DNA of 64,000 nucleotides from Ruditapes philippinarum (GCF_026571515.1 NW_026865317.1:1-64000), one strand, 5' to 3'. Shown: positions 48,469-61,800, numbered from the stretch's first letter. The notes: generated from the sequence alone by a model not told the origin. Translations and numbers: made by a program.

Positions 48469-51193
48469 TCATCTTACAATCTCACAGATGAAGTTACGCT
48501 CATTAAAGCACCCATCATCCCCCCACATAAAGTTTTTTGTAAGCATAACACAGTGTTCTTTTCCATTCTTGTTGTTAGGCTGGTTGTTACCCCATACCTT
48601 AAAACTATTCGACTTCAATTGTTTTAGACTGTACGACCACACGAATGTGCCCTCGACGGCTAAGTCATTCAGTCCTATCCAGAACGGAATAAGTGTGGTC
48701 ACTTGATCTGAAATTTAAAAAAAGAAACGAGTTGTTAAAGGGAGAAAACTTATCATTACATTTCAATAAGGAATAAGCACTTTGTCCTAAAGATGTGAGG
48801 TGTATAAAAAGTTCATAATTCCAGGGACAAAGTCCTGAATGTTTTGATTCTGAAAGTTTACGCGCAATGTAAGATTATATTCCTTTTATGTTACGAAATG
48901 GTCATGTAAAATGCAAAAAATATTAGGAATAATTAATATACTATTATATATATTTTTACTTTAGATCTATTAACATATGAGTCGCGTCACGACAAAACCA
49001 ACATAGTTGGTTTGCGACCAGCATGGATCCAGACCAGCCTGCGCATCCGCGCAGTCTGATCAGGATCCATGCTGTTCGCTGTCAGTTTCTCCACTTGTAA
49101 AAGAGTTGGTAAGCGAACAGCATTGATCCGGATCAGACTGCGCGGATGCGCAGTCTGGTCTGGATCCAGCTGGTCGCAAACCCACTATGTTGGTTTTGTC
49201 GTGACGCGGCTCATATGTATTTATTTTATGTATATGACAAACAACTTACTAGTTATTTCAGTCGTAAGAAGTGTATGCTTTTCAGAAGTCAGGACCTCAA
49301 CTAGATGTGCGCCAGCATCAGTACAGTACGTCTAATAAAAAACAAAACAAAAACAAAATACGGGTTAACAAGACCATGATACACATTCTTGTATCATAGT
49401 TTGGAGACCTTTCTGTTGAAAATTAGGCAGAGTTAAATTGTATACATATACATGCACAGTGCGATAACTGGAGTGCAGGTATCAGTTACCCGCACTCCAG
49501 AGCATGCCCATAGATTGGTTCATTTTTGCTGGGGTTTACTTATTGTGACGGCAGAGAAAGGGAATGCGACAGAAATATCATATTCAGATGCTCGTTCATT
49601 GGTTACTTTTTTGGGGGGTTTTATACTGTGACAACAGGGAACGTGTTTTTATGTTTAATAGAAAGAACATCAAAACACTCGGCAATCTGATTAATACTCG
49701 GGGGCTACGCCCCCTCGTACAAATCAGATAGCCTCGTGTTTCGATGCTCTTTCTATTACTTATCACTATCACTATTGCTTATGATAAATGCAATAACTAA
49801 ATATATTAAACTAGACTTCCTTTACTTTGTCTATATCTGTTTGTATAATCAGGGTCATTCAAATAGTTTTGAAAGACCCTGGTTTAATAACTGCCAATAA
49901 AGACCGAAAAAGTACGGTGAACTAAAACTGGCAGAACTGGGTTAAGAAAGTATCGACAATAATCACCATTTTAGACAGAATTTTCTGTCTTGTTTCTTAA
50001 TAGTTATCTTGTTAAGTTTTTTGTTTTAAACAATCATGATTGAAAAAAAGAAGATTTTCTTTCTTAGCGTGAAAAGTATTGTTTCATTTCCTTCTCTTTA
50101 TTATAGCAACAAGAAAATAAGAGTGGCATACGTACCCTTGCCTTTTTCCAAGGTAATATTTCTGTACTGAAGAAAAAGCAGTTAGACTCCGTTGTTATCC
50201 AACCGGAAGGACAGGCAGGAACTGAAATGAATATTTTATATTGACGTGTTTAGGAATAAGATAATGCAATGATCACAAATTTATATGTTCTCTGTTACTT
50301 TGAATACAGAACACAGGCAGAGCATTAAGGTTACCATGGCAACAGTTCATTTTCTATCCTAATGACAACACCATTAGTGGTTTTATTTTTTGATAACAAA
50401 TGAAACAAATCCTAAGTAAAAACAATACTTTTGACATCATTGTTTGGTTTCGTTAACTGCATTTACCTGGTTTTGTTGTAGTCGGAGTGGTTTTTGTTAC
50501 TTCCGATGTTATTGGCCCTGACGTGGAAGTTTCAACCGTACTCAAACCATCCGTTGTGCCTGACGAAGATGTTTCGATTGACGTTGAAGATTGTGAAGAT
50601 GTTTCGATTGACGTTGTAGATTGCGATGATGTTTTGACTGACGTAATTTTTTCTGTTGTAGTCTTCACACCTCCAGTTCTGGTGTCAGTCGATGACGTGT
50701 CTACGGACGTCATAGAGTTTGTCGTAACCTCAGGTGTTGAGTTTGCTAATGATGTGTTGGCTGAAGTCACATTTTCCGTTGTCATATTTCCAGTGCTCGA
50801 TACTGTCGATGATGTGACTTCTGGAGTCGTCATATTGTGCGATGTATTTTCTTGCGTGCTGGTAGAAACAGTTCTTGTCGTTTGTGTTACAACTGTCGTC
50901 GTGGTCGGCTTAACAGTCCGTCTTGTTTCATTTGAGACAACAGCCGACGAGGAACCTCCTTCTGCTAGATCTCCTTTAGTTTCCAAGTGATACACGAGCA
51001 CTATACACGTAGCAACCAAGGATACAACTACCAAAAGAAGGGCGACCACTACAATATAGAATTTCGATTTTGTCATATATCCAGGCGGCGTTGTTCTGTT
51101 ATTGTCGCTAGAACTCATTCCTTCAGCCATGTCAAAACTTTCTTTGCTTCGATATATACCGTTTGTGAAATTTAAATCATCCGTACTAGCCAT
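48469..51193 (-). CDS. Type II transmembrane C-type lectin with Thr/Ser-rich mucin-like stalk, 377 aa
   Basis: Phase-consistent exons 51193-50467, 50221-50136 (CPSGW..CFFFS..W), 49331-49250 (YC..GAHLVEV), 48707-48469 (FWIGLND..EGTFVW..QPN..EHC..WGDDGC..FICE). Single N-proximal TM FYIVVVALLLVVVSLVATCIVLVY. Confidence 0.92.
48978..49213. mobile_element. MITE family A, copy 6
   Basis: Full palindrome in the last intron of the C-type lectin gene. Confidence 0.9.
49656..49758 (-). repeat. About 100-bp imperfect palindrome with GCTACGC apex
   Basis: TAATAGAAAGA.CATC.AAACAC...GTGTTTCGATGCTCTTTCTATTA; apex at 49704-49710. Confidence 0.85.
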
Positions 51194-53832
51194 TCTATTA
51201 TGATTATACTATTGTAATACAACTTACTATTTCAATAGAAATGCTTACTTTGATTGAGACTTGATAGATTATTGAATTTATTGAGAAACTGTCCAACTTC
51301 CGCATCACTGTAGACCAGTTACTTTCCGGTCAACTTTCGAACCCGGTAAATAAACACGTAAGTATTTACGTATGGTAGCATTAAATATACCAACGAGTAC
51401 AGAACAGTAGGGACAAATTGACATACATGTGTCAAACTACCTCTACTTATTTTTGTTTTGATGTAAAGCGGCTTTTATAAATTAAAACTTTATTACTTTA
51501 TTAAAGTCACTTAGCATATTTTTGAACGCCAATGTTAGATTTCTCCATATGCTAATTTATTTATTTCATTTTATAGATATTATGATAATAAATATCATTA
51601 TCGATCATCGTTATTTATATAATTGAAAGTTTAATTGATGCCCCACTTCCTCCTCCCTCCCCCACCCCCTCCCCCACACTGTGAGGAAGAAATAGTGATG
51701 CATTTACGTTTCTATAGCTAATGTTTATAGAAATATGACATTCTTGACCTTATGTTTCTTCTTTTAAGAGAGATATTCCGAATATTGTTTAACCCACTGT
51801 TTAACCCAAAGGAGCCTACATACTGGTTTCGACAAAACATGGCGGACGATGTGCCCCGTAGGCGCCACTTTTTGAGATCTTTTGTCGTCCATTTTGTTAT
51901 CATTTGGCATTGATTCTCCGTTCTGATTGGCTCAGGCCATGCAGTGTACTGTAGATATGGTCAAATCTTGTTAATTGTATATGTCGCCGTCCAAGAACGG
52001 CGGCAGTAAAACGGAACTATTGAACGTCTACGTTTCAAGTAATTTAAGGCTGATGCAGAAAGCAATTAACATTGAGGAGTGCTATGCAATAATGCAACTT
52101 ATGCGTATATATCATACAGCTTTTAAATCTTATGTAGATCATTTTTCCACCTAAGCTGTATCATTTAGCTTGACTTCATGAATTACTCAGGCGAGATATG
52201 AATATATGTAGTAATTACATTAGTAACATTTATTGACGCCTTTCAAAGTTACTCATTGCAAGGTCATATTTATATCCAATAAATCACGCGGCCAGAAACT
52301 GAAGTGGATAGCTCTAGCGCTGTATTTAATATCAAAATGACCTAACATGCAGATATCGCAATTTATATGTAATAAGCCAAAATTAAATGGTTTACATTTT
52401 TACATAATCACCCTTCAGACAAAAGGTCTTAGGTCGCAGTCATTTTTGCATTATGGCCATGGTCTACGAAATTAGATTACAAACAACAACAAATAGTAAT
52501 TATAGATATTGATGTTATTTCATTGTGAATTATTTTTCTTAAAAAGAGCACACCGATGTATTTTTCTACATATTAACATAATGGGGTGCATTCTTCACAA
52601 TGTATATGTATACTTGTATATGTCGACACTGAGCTATATTTAAATAATATGTCTCTGATTTTGATAGAACGAAACATTAAGAAGTGAACTTGGCAATGAA
52701 CAAATGAAACGCCTTTTATAAGTTTTTATTTTCCAAATCACCATAAAAGGGGCTACACTTTGATCACATTCCATTTGATTTATCAACAACTTAGTGAGGA
52801 ACTACCTTCATGAAACGTATTTTCATTTGTTTCCACATTTCCACCAATCAAAAAGCACAGAAGGAAATAGGGCAACTGATATAATGTGTAGATAGCGCGT
52901 ATTGATATATAATTAAGTGGTTTATCTGGTCAACATCGATTATTGCGCACTTAAAATGTAATCCGGACAAGCTCAATAACTGACCAAAGACTTCCTTATT
53001 GTATTACAAACACTTCTGAATCAATTGACAAATATATAACATCGATAATTGTTTTAAAATATTTGAACATGTGTTGTTTAGATTGAAATGAACGCATTTT
53101 TAAAGAAAATGAACACTACTTTAAGACATTCTGTCGTGTAACAGAGCTTATCAATTGAAATAAGATCAAGAATGAATTTAAAGAATCTAGTGATTATTTA
53201 AGGACAATTATGATGAACATTACATAGCTGATCGATTTCTATTAATTATGTCTGTTTGAGACAAGATTGAAAATTGCAGCGTCATTTACAAGTTCCTACT
53301 ATCGATTTGAGAAATTTTAAAAATAAAATTCAAATAAATCGTTTCATTTTTGCACCTTATAAAATATAACCTATGTACTTTCAGCGTTTGTACCACGTGA
53401 TCTTTCAATATAATCTTCCATAGACTCTGTCTTTGTCCATTTAGCTTCGTTTTATACAATAACTCCGTTCTATGACTTTATACTTTACTAATCTATGATG
53501 CATCACATTACAGTAAGACATGCAGTGTCTTATAAAAACACAGGGAAGTTTTGCTTATACCATTTGCATGTCATTTAAAATCAAATGAAATAGACCTATA
53601 TAATCATGTAAATTTGTTTTTTCTTACTGAAATAAGTTTCTCTGGTTTCATCTTGTTCCTTTCAGGTTCATAGGACCCCACTGAACATAATTTTCCGAGG
53701 TAAATGGGCTATCCTTGTAACCATAGATCACTTTTAGCTGCATACGAGTACATATTGGTACAAAAGTTTAGATATCCTCTTGTATCTAACATCTATTTTA
53801 TCTGTAAGACAACAATATAAATATGCTAGTTA

Positions 53833-54055
53833 TGGTGGCTGATTTTGAACACTTTTGTGCGTCATGCTGTCGCTACCGACAACACGACAAAGCTCCAAAC
53901 GGCGCGTTGTCGCACTGTCGTACTGTCTCAAACGATGCACGCCAAACGGCGCATTGCCGTGTGTCGTGTTGTCGCGATATCACATTGTCGCATAACAATA
54001 AAGGTACTTGTTAGTTTGTGTGGGGCGACCACCGAAGTCCAAATAGCTGCTACTA
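53833..54055. mobile_element. Small degenerate MITE
   Basis: Imperfect TIRs (GGTGGCTGATTTTGAAC / GTCCAAATAGCTGCTAC) around CGACA/TGTCG repeats. Confidence 0.5.
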
Positions 54056-55344
54056 TAGTTGTAATGATATAAATCGTACTGCATATTTACTGCATAGCAT
54101 AATAATTCCTGGATATATTTCAGAATGTTATCATTACAAATTTTTCAGAGCTACATCCCTTTCCCAGTACGGGACTTTTCACTGTGAAATTATCACATAT
54201 GATTTTTATTCATAAATCAGTAATCTATTCAAAAGCTTAATGCTTTTTTTTCAAAAATGTTTACGTTTGGCAACAGCCGGGCCGTTGTTTCTTTGATCAA
54301 ACGATAGCGTTTTTCTTTTTACAATACAAATGAGACTTAAAAGATTTCCCAGGATACGATAAATGAAAACAAAATAAGAAAAAAGGAGAGTACATGAAAA
54401 TGATACATTAAGAACACGCTTTTTTATTTTTATTATTCTTTTTTATTCATTTTATTTTTACAAAAAGCATAATCAAGTATTTAATCAAAAGTTAATCGAA
54501 TACATAGATATAGAGGATATTGAATGAGTGTAAGTTTAATAACGAGTTGAATGCGAGCCTCTGGCGAGCATAAGATTGTTTTATTCAACGAGTTCAATAA
54601 ATTTAGTATTGAATCTACACGAATATAATATTCTATTTACCACATATATAAAATAAGAACAGTAAGCTATTAAAATGAGTAATTTTTCAATGACGCGCCT
54701 ATAGTGTAACGCTAACATTAGCGCTCTTTAAAATAGCGCACATGACGTCCGTATTGTGGCATGAAAATTACCATATTTCACTCGGTGCTACCGCCACTCA
54801 TGAAATATTTATTTTCATTCCACTCGATGAAAATATATCATTTATTTGTAGAAAGAACTTGAATTTTCTGTTTATTACATACATTTTTCTCCTTTTTAAC
54901 ATTAAAATTTGAAAGACTTTTCTTGAAATTTTGTGTACTGGCAGAATTTCAAAGAAAGTAGTCCGGCAACACACCAGTGAAAATACAGAAAATATAGTTT
55001 TCACTGCAGTGAAAAATAAATTTTAAAGTGAAAATACGGAAAATGATAATAAGCATTTTATTTCATCGATATTTCTCAATATTTCATTTATAAGTTTATA
55101 ATAAAAAGTGTTATTACACTAGTGTAATATCGTTTATATTAAATGGCTTTATTACAATCCTGCGACGCGGTTTATGTGATAAAAATAGTTAAGAAAATAT
55201 ATACATGTATAAACAACACATCAATACGATACTAGTAATAAAGATAATAATGTTATCTTTGTCTCAAATTTTCTCGGTGTTTCTACCATTATGATCCTCA
55301 CCTTGTGGCGGCTGTAGGTCAAAACATCTTTATGACAAATTGAT

Positions 55345-55384
<40 letters not shown>

Positions 55385-55437
55385 TGCGTGCGTGCGTGCG
55401 TGTATGTGTTTGCGCGCGCGTGTTTGCGTGTGTGTGT
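55345..55437. repeat. Compound (GT)n/(GCGT)n microsatellite
   Basis: Directly visible. Confidence 0.95.
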
Positions 55438-55552
55438 ATTTACTCCAATTCATAAGTCCACTTAAATTTACAGTAACGATATTACAATATTAAAATCTGG
55501 ATCTAGTGTGATCTCTAGGAAGCATTAATCAAAACAAAATTACATAGAGGAT

Positions 55553-55703
55553 ATTTGTTTGTTTGTGTGTAAGATGAAATTTTATTTCATCGAGTGGGCT
55601 TTAAAAACAGTATTCTCACGAGTGGCGTAGCCACGAGTGAGAATACTGTTTTTAAAGTTCACGAGATGAAATAAAATTACATCTTACACAACAAACAGAC
55701 AAA
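55553..55703 (+). repeat. About 150-bp imperfect palindrome with GCGTAGC apex, heading a probable repeat element
   Basis: Arms mirror around 55625-55631; preceded by ATAGAGGATATT, also present at about 54510. Confidence 0.85.
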
Positions 55704-57457
55704 TTTTCTTTTTATTTTATGCTTTAAAACAAGTTAAACGAAATTTCCATAATTTTAACGTTGATATTAAAATCTGTTTCCCCCATTGAGAGCCCCATTT
55801 AGAGGGAATTTCTCATTAAAAACAAGAAGTCTTGAGCTGAAAAATAAGTCCGCCAATGGAGGTTAAATGAATGTGATATTTATTCATTTTATTAAAAAAT
55901 ATGAATGATCACTTGTTTTAATAATAAAAACAAACAATTCTTGTAGGAGAAAAAGTCCAACCATCCATCCATATTTCTGTTACTTACTGCGAATTTATAT
56001 TAGACCTGGCTTTGTAAAATGTAAACGGCAGCCATTTTTTAAATTCGTGTATTTCATGGGAGGAAAATAATTTTGTAAGATACAGAAGGATATAATTTGG
56101 ATTTGTTAGTCATACACCTTTTTAAAAGAAAGAAAACTTATTTGAGGATTGTAACAGACAAAAAATAAGTGTTGACAGAAGTGAAAACATTCAGAAAAGG
56201 AGCTAGGAAAATGGAAAACTTGGAAGTTTGCTAAGGCATTGTAAGGAACGCTGGGTTGATTTACTTATTTTACGAGTGATAGCTGTCAATGCTTTTCAAT
56301 TTTTCATAAAGCATACGGCAGTTATTGCTCGTAGGATACTTTAATATGCCCAAATGTCATCAAGAGCAGTTTTGCATGGGGTAGGAATGTATTTTTCAGA
56401 CTGTAAAAACGAAACCAAAAAATTTAGAGACGAAATTTTGTGATTGGAATTTGAAGGAATAGAAGTAAGTTTTCTCTCTTTATTTTACTTTTGACATTTA
56501 TGTTATTTATCTATTTCAGCTTTGCTATTTTTTTAACAGCTTGATATTGTCAGAATTGTCAGTAAAAATAGAATTGAGGTACGACATGGGGAAAATCTTA
56601 AAAAAGTAGTTTTGTCATTGAAAAAAGTGAAATTATATTTTGATAATTTTCACTGTGAAATTATCAAATATAATTTTCACGGATAAATCAATAATCCACT
56701 GAAAAGCATAAAATAAATGAAAATCTTTACACTTTATATATCCAACGACGTCCAAGAACTCTTAGAAACCAGAAAAAAAAAAAAAAAAAAAAAAAAAACC
56801 TTACAAGTACGAAAAACCGTCCACATCCTATTTTACTTCTGCATCTTAAGCATTATGTGAACTATAGGTCAAGGTGAACAATTCTAAGCCAGTGGCAATA
56901 AGTGTTCTTTAAATATGTGTTAAGATATATTAAGATATAAAATATGACAAAAAAAAAACAAAATGTTCATAATTCAATACAGATGTCTTTTGATGAAATA
57001 ATTCAGATTTCACAAACCAATTTATTGTGATGACAAATACACGTGCAGTATAAATTACGAAAAAGTGAGTTATATTTGAATGCTGAAAAATATATGCTGT
57101 TTGAAGCTTGAAAACGTACCATTCTTCAGAGAAAAGAGTACAAAATACTTACAGGACCAAGAAATTAATGAAATAATGTCATGGTAAGAACAGAAGAACC
57201 ATAAATATCTGGGGAAAAAGTTATCCCTCGAAAACATCAATAAAAGCAAAATTACAAAATTACATGCAAACTGCAGGGTCGATTTGATTAAGTCTGTACA
57301 TGAGCGATATTGAAAACGTGCAACACCCTTAGCACTGGCTTTAGCAGTACTCAATTTTCAGCTCTTAAAAGTGATAAGGTTTACCGTTTTTGAATATTTG
57401 CCTTAATCTGAAACATTCAAGTTTGTATCTACAGTCTGATTTTGAGTTTTTGTTATT

Positions 57458-59610
57458 TTATTTTTGATTTGAATTTTTGTCGTTCTGATTCTCTAGATTT
57501 TCATCGGTGTCTTGCTTATGTACGCATATTCTTTTTAATTTAGAAGTAAGTCGTGCAGCATGAAATGCAGCAAATAGGAAAATTCCTTGTCCCCCTATTA
57601 GTACAATGAAACAATAATCAAGAACATCAGATTCAAAATATTCATTAAGGAGTCCAAACATCCATGCTATCCCCGTCAGCAATAGTAGCCTAAAATATAC
57701 AGTGGCGTATGTAACATCACGTGATTTCCTTCCGGCCATATTGGTTGTTGAGTTTATTGTGATAATGATATAGAGATAAACAAAACAGTTGACAACGACA
57801 GTGCAGAATAGAGGGAGTGCGAAAAGTAATAATCGCATGAAAGCTTCGTCGATATAGCAGAGGTTACGTCCGTATCCGATTGTGTCGTTTTTAACCTTAG
57901 AGTATGTAACATTTGCTGCAGCAAAGCAAGCAGACAAACCATATACAAATAGAAGTACCCTTACCAAGCCGTCTTTATCTGCTTCGGTGTCATTTCTTAC
58001 AGCCTGTAATTTTGCAGCAACTAAAACGCAAAATGCACTCAAAAGGAAAACAGCAGAAAGCCAGATGAAATGTATAAATCCTCCAATAAAAGCACATACT
58101 TGAAAAGGAAGTGATGATCTTTCGACTCCAAACTGAAATATTATCTGTGCTAGTAATACATGGCATAAAGCTAGCCTGAACACTTTGCTCGGTAGAGATT
58201 GTGTGTTCGCCGACATGGAATATACCACAAGACATAGAAGTATACATATTATTGACAGAGACGTTAAAATAAGGGTTATCAGTCCTTTTATTGAATAACT
58301 ACTGGTTTTTGTAATCGACGATTTTTGAGTTAATGATATAAAGGTTTCATGGCACACAAAATACAAAGTTATAGATTCATTATTTATATAGTATTCTCTT
58401 GATATAAAACCATCCATTGTATTTGATTCATAGTGGCCTTTTTTGCCTTGTTGAAACCCAGTTGAAAATTTATTGATTGATGCAATCTTTTTGTATTCTG
58501 TTTCTAGCAAATAAACGTATGGGCAAGGGAGAGATTCAGTTTCAACGGGATAGAAATCAGAAAATTGGCCCCTAATGAACTTGGAATTAACATTAGTTTT
58601 TGTTTCGATGTCATATAATTCTTTTCCTCTTATCAAAGACAAGTTTGAAAAATCTGACGGAATCGGAATGTTAGAAATTAATGTAAAATTTTGAACAGTG
58701 ACATTAAATACAGAAAATGATTCATTCCCATCTTTGGAAAATGTATTTGCAGAAAAGATATTGTGCAAATAATTTGTGCCACAAGACCTGGTCCTTTCAA
58801 TGTATGCATCGACTACTATGAAGTCAAGAACACGTTTTGATTTAGAAATACAGTAATTTTGTATAAATTTTATATAAGTGCAGTCAGTTAAGTTTGATAT
58901 TCGAATAAAATCCTCAACATTTAGCATAAACTTGCTCCGGAAAGTCAAATTAGCATATATGGTTTGTTTTATATGTATCGTAAAGGAAAGTGTAAGCGTC
59001 GGGTTTACAGGATTAGCTTGAGGCTTTTTACAACCATTGTTTTTTGTGACGTTTGGAAACGGACACCTCAGTCGTCTACATTTGCCCTGAAAAAAAAAGA
59101 ATAATTTTTATGATGAAACATTGAAAAATGTTTTTAATTTCAGCTAAAAAACAACAGACCGTTTATACGTCAATCTGTTTATCTACGTGTAAGAAATTTC
59201 TGATTGATCTCTTCTTGTTTCTATATAATAGGCTGAATACAAAAAATAAGATTTGATTAATTTTCAACATATGTATTTTCAAACTTTAAAAAATATTTAA
59301 TGCTAAAATTTCACCATGGACGCAAGATATGGCATTTATTGACAAAATTTCTGGACTTACAAAGAATGTATCTCTGATTTCGTTTTCACCACACCTTTCA
59401 TTCAGATCAATAATGGGTCGTTGTCATCATCCTCACCATAAGCATTTAGATCGAGATTTAGTATATAATTCAGAGAGGCAAACACACCCGGACCATCCTT
59501 AACGCATCTTTCAAGGATTGTGTGTTCTCTCGGTACGATGCATAATAGGCAAAACAAATTTTTTGCCCGAAATTCGGTGACAGAGTTAATTCTCTGGACG
59601 AATGTAGGTA
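57458..59610 (-). CDS. Class B/adhesion (Methuselah-like) 7TM GPCR, last two exons; 5' exons not resolved
   Basis: Terminal exon 59086-57458 (acceptor ttttcag) encodes an ectodomain plus seven hydrophobic helices with secretin-family motifs (C..IG.FIHFIWL, YGRNLCYI, LFALP..VVN, LLTGIAWMFG, QGIFLF). Preceding exon 59610-59361 has KNLFCLLC and CGENEIRD but needs one extra base near 59420. Confidence 0.8.
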
Positions 59611-61547
59611 CTGAAAAATAAATTGACAATTTTTTTAGAATTCTGTTACAATTCATGTTTGTACATGATATTTTCTTACCTTTTATAAGTGTTGCCATTT
59701 GTTTCGAAAGAACTCTGGAACAAACAAAGGTGCTTTTGCACAGTCTGAGTTTTTTTTTTTATTTCAATTCAAAATAGTTGATAGAAAACAGATAAACAAA
59801 TTGAATGTGTTACTTTTTCGTCATGTAAGCCTCAAGCCAAAAATACAACCATATTTTTAGTTTATCACAATGAAAGTAAAGTGTTAATAGAATGGTAATT
59901 TTAAAATGAATTGGTTTATAATGGCAGGTTTGCAATACAATAAATAAAAATGTGATAATTCATTTGCGTGAACCCTGACAAATTCATTTGTATGTTCAAA
60001 TAAAGTGTTTAAAAAGCGAGTTTGATCAAATGGACAATTACAAGATGCATGTTTTAACAAATAAAACATATCAAATATATAAATATTAGATGAAGTAAAA
60101 AATTGATGTACACATTTTAAACTTATTAATCGTTTCCTTTAATTATTTGCATTTAATCAATAAAAGTCTTATTTTTTTCTGTCAATGTTGTATCAGTTAA
60201 AAGGTCAGGTCGTGGCCTTTGCGAAGGGTAAACATGGCAAAAGAACACTACATAATGTTTATGTTTATAGCCGGCTTAGTAAGGGCGTATTAGAGTACAA
60301 ATATAATTAAAAAGATTAATTTCGCTTATGTTAGGTCTATACATTTGAATGTTTACCTCATCCATATATAGTTATCATAATATAGTTATCATAAAGTAAT
60401 GTAATAGTAAGTTATTTCAAATTTAGAGCGCTATTTAAAACCGGTTATCTTAGAACCCTAACAGAAACATAATGACGGAAGCGTCCTTGTGCTTATTCAT
60501 AATGTGCTAAAAACAAGAACACCGTAGGGAACGTGTTACAGTATCGCGTTTTTCGGTTACAGTATAGAATTTTCAAGATGGAGGATTATTTATGGGAAGA
60601 GAGGTAGGTGATTTTTATTCAGGTCCGTACTAATAGTAATTTAGTTTCTAAAAGATGTGTTTGTGCTTTGCTTGTAAGGTACAGAATCCGGTATCTAGTC
60701 ATATATTTTTCAGACCCTGCACCGCAGATTTATCGCTATATTATTGACTCATAAATAGGCAGATTTGACAGTTCGAGATACCAACACATTTCCCTGCAAT
60801 TTCGACATAATTTATGCATGCCTAGAAAAAGTAAATCTGCAAAACGTTAGTCCTTTATGTTAGGAAACGTTTATAAAAGTAAATGACCAGTTGAACCTAT
60901 TTTCCTGTTCGTTAAATGCGTTTGAAAAAATAAACAATGTTACAATATAGAGCGAGGTAATTAGTGCAGGGTTACAGCATAGACCTAGCGATTTGTATCA
61001 GATTTTGTTACAGTTTATACCCAGATTTCTGTTACAGTTTATACTTCGATATTTTCTATATATACTAAGTAAAATGTATGAATGTTACATAGACTTTTAA
61101 ATCTCTGTGAGATTATTGGCCCGATGGCTATTCGTCCGTCTGACGTACACAAGTGTGTGCAATCCCATCCGCTCAGTAACTACTTGACTAAATTTAAATG
61201 TGATGCAATTTACATTACTTTCTACCAACTGGTTTTGGTTGCAATCGGGGAACGAAAACCCAAAACATAGATTTTGAAAAAAGGCAATGTTTAAAGACTC
61301 TTCTCATCTTGAACCAAAAGCATTCAAATCAAATCATGATCATGGCGTCATTTCGAATGCTTCTTTGTTGAAGTTACGATTATTATGTCATTATTAAATT
61401 AAAAGTCGTTTTTTTTTTAATTTCAGACATCCTGTATAGCAGTTTTCATGTTTCTGAAAAAGAAAATAATATTGAAAGTTATAGTGTATAAATTAAGGTC
61501 AGCCAATTACAATATCTTCTCTAGTGAGCCTGATGGAGGTACATAAA

Positions 61548-61800
61548 AGTGGCAGAGTCGGGATAAGGCTGCCGACTTCAAATCATCTTTCATTTACTGC
61601 TGTAGTTGAAATCCAATCATGACTTTGGATTCTTTGTATGTGAGGAATCTATCGAGATAATTTACTGAAAGTCGGTGGTTTTATTCAGGTGCCCGCTCGT
61701 GTCTGAAATGTTTCACAGAGAGTATCTGGGGTCTTTCTTAACACTAAAGCAGGAATGTTTTCACATGACCTTAGTGTCGTTGAAACTTAAAATCCAAGAA
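61548..61800 (+). mobile_element. SINE family S1 copy (degenerate)
   Basis: GTGGCAGAGT head; core GTCGGTGGTTTTATTCAGGTGCCCGCTCGTG.CTGAAAT. Confidence 0.65.

Noticed and set aside
50487-50990. 167-aa Val/Asp-rich plus-strand ORF
   Set aside because: Antisense shadow of the Thr/Ser-rich lectin stalk exon.
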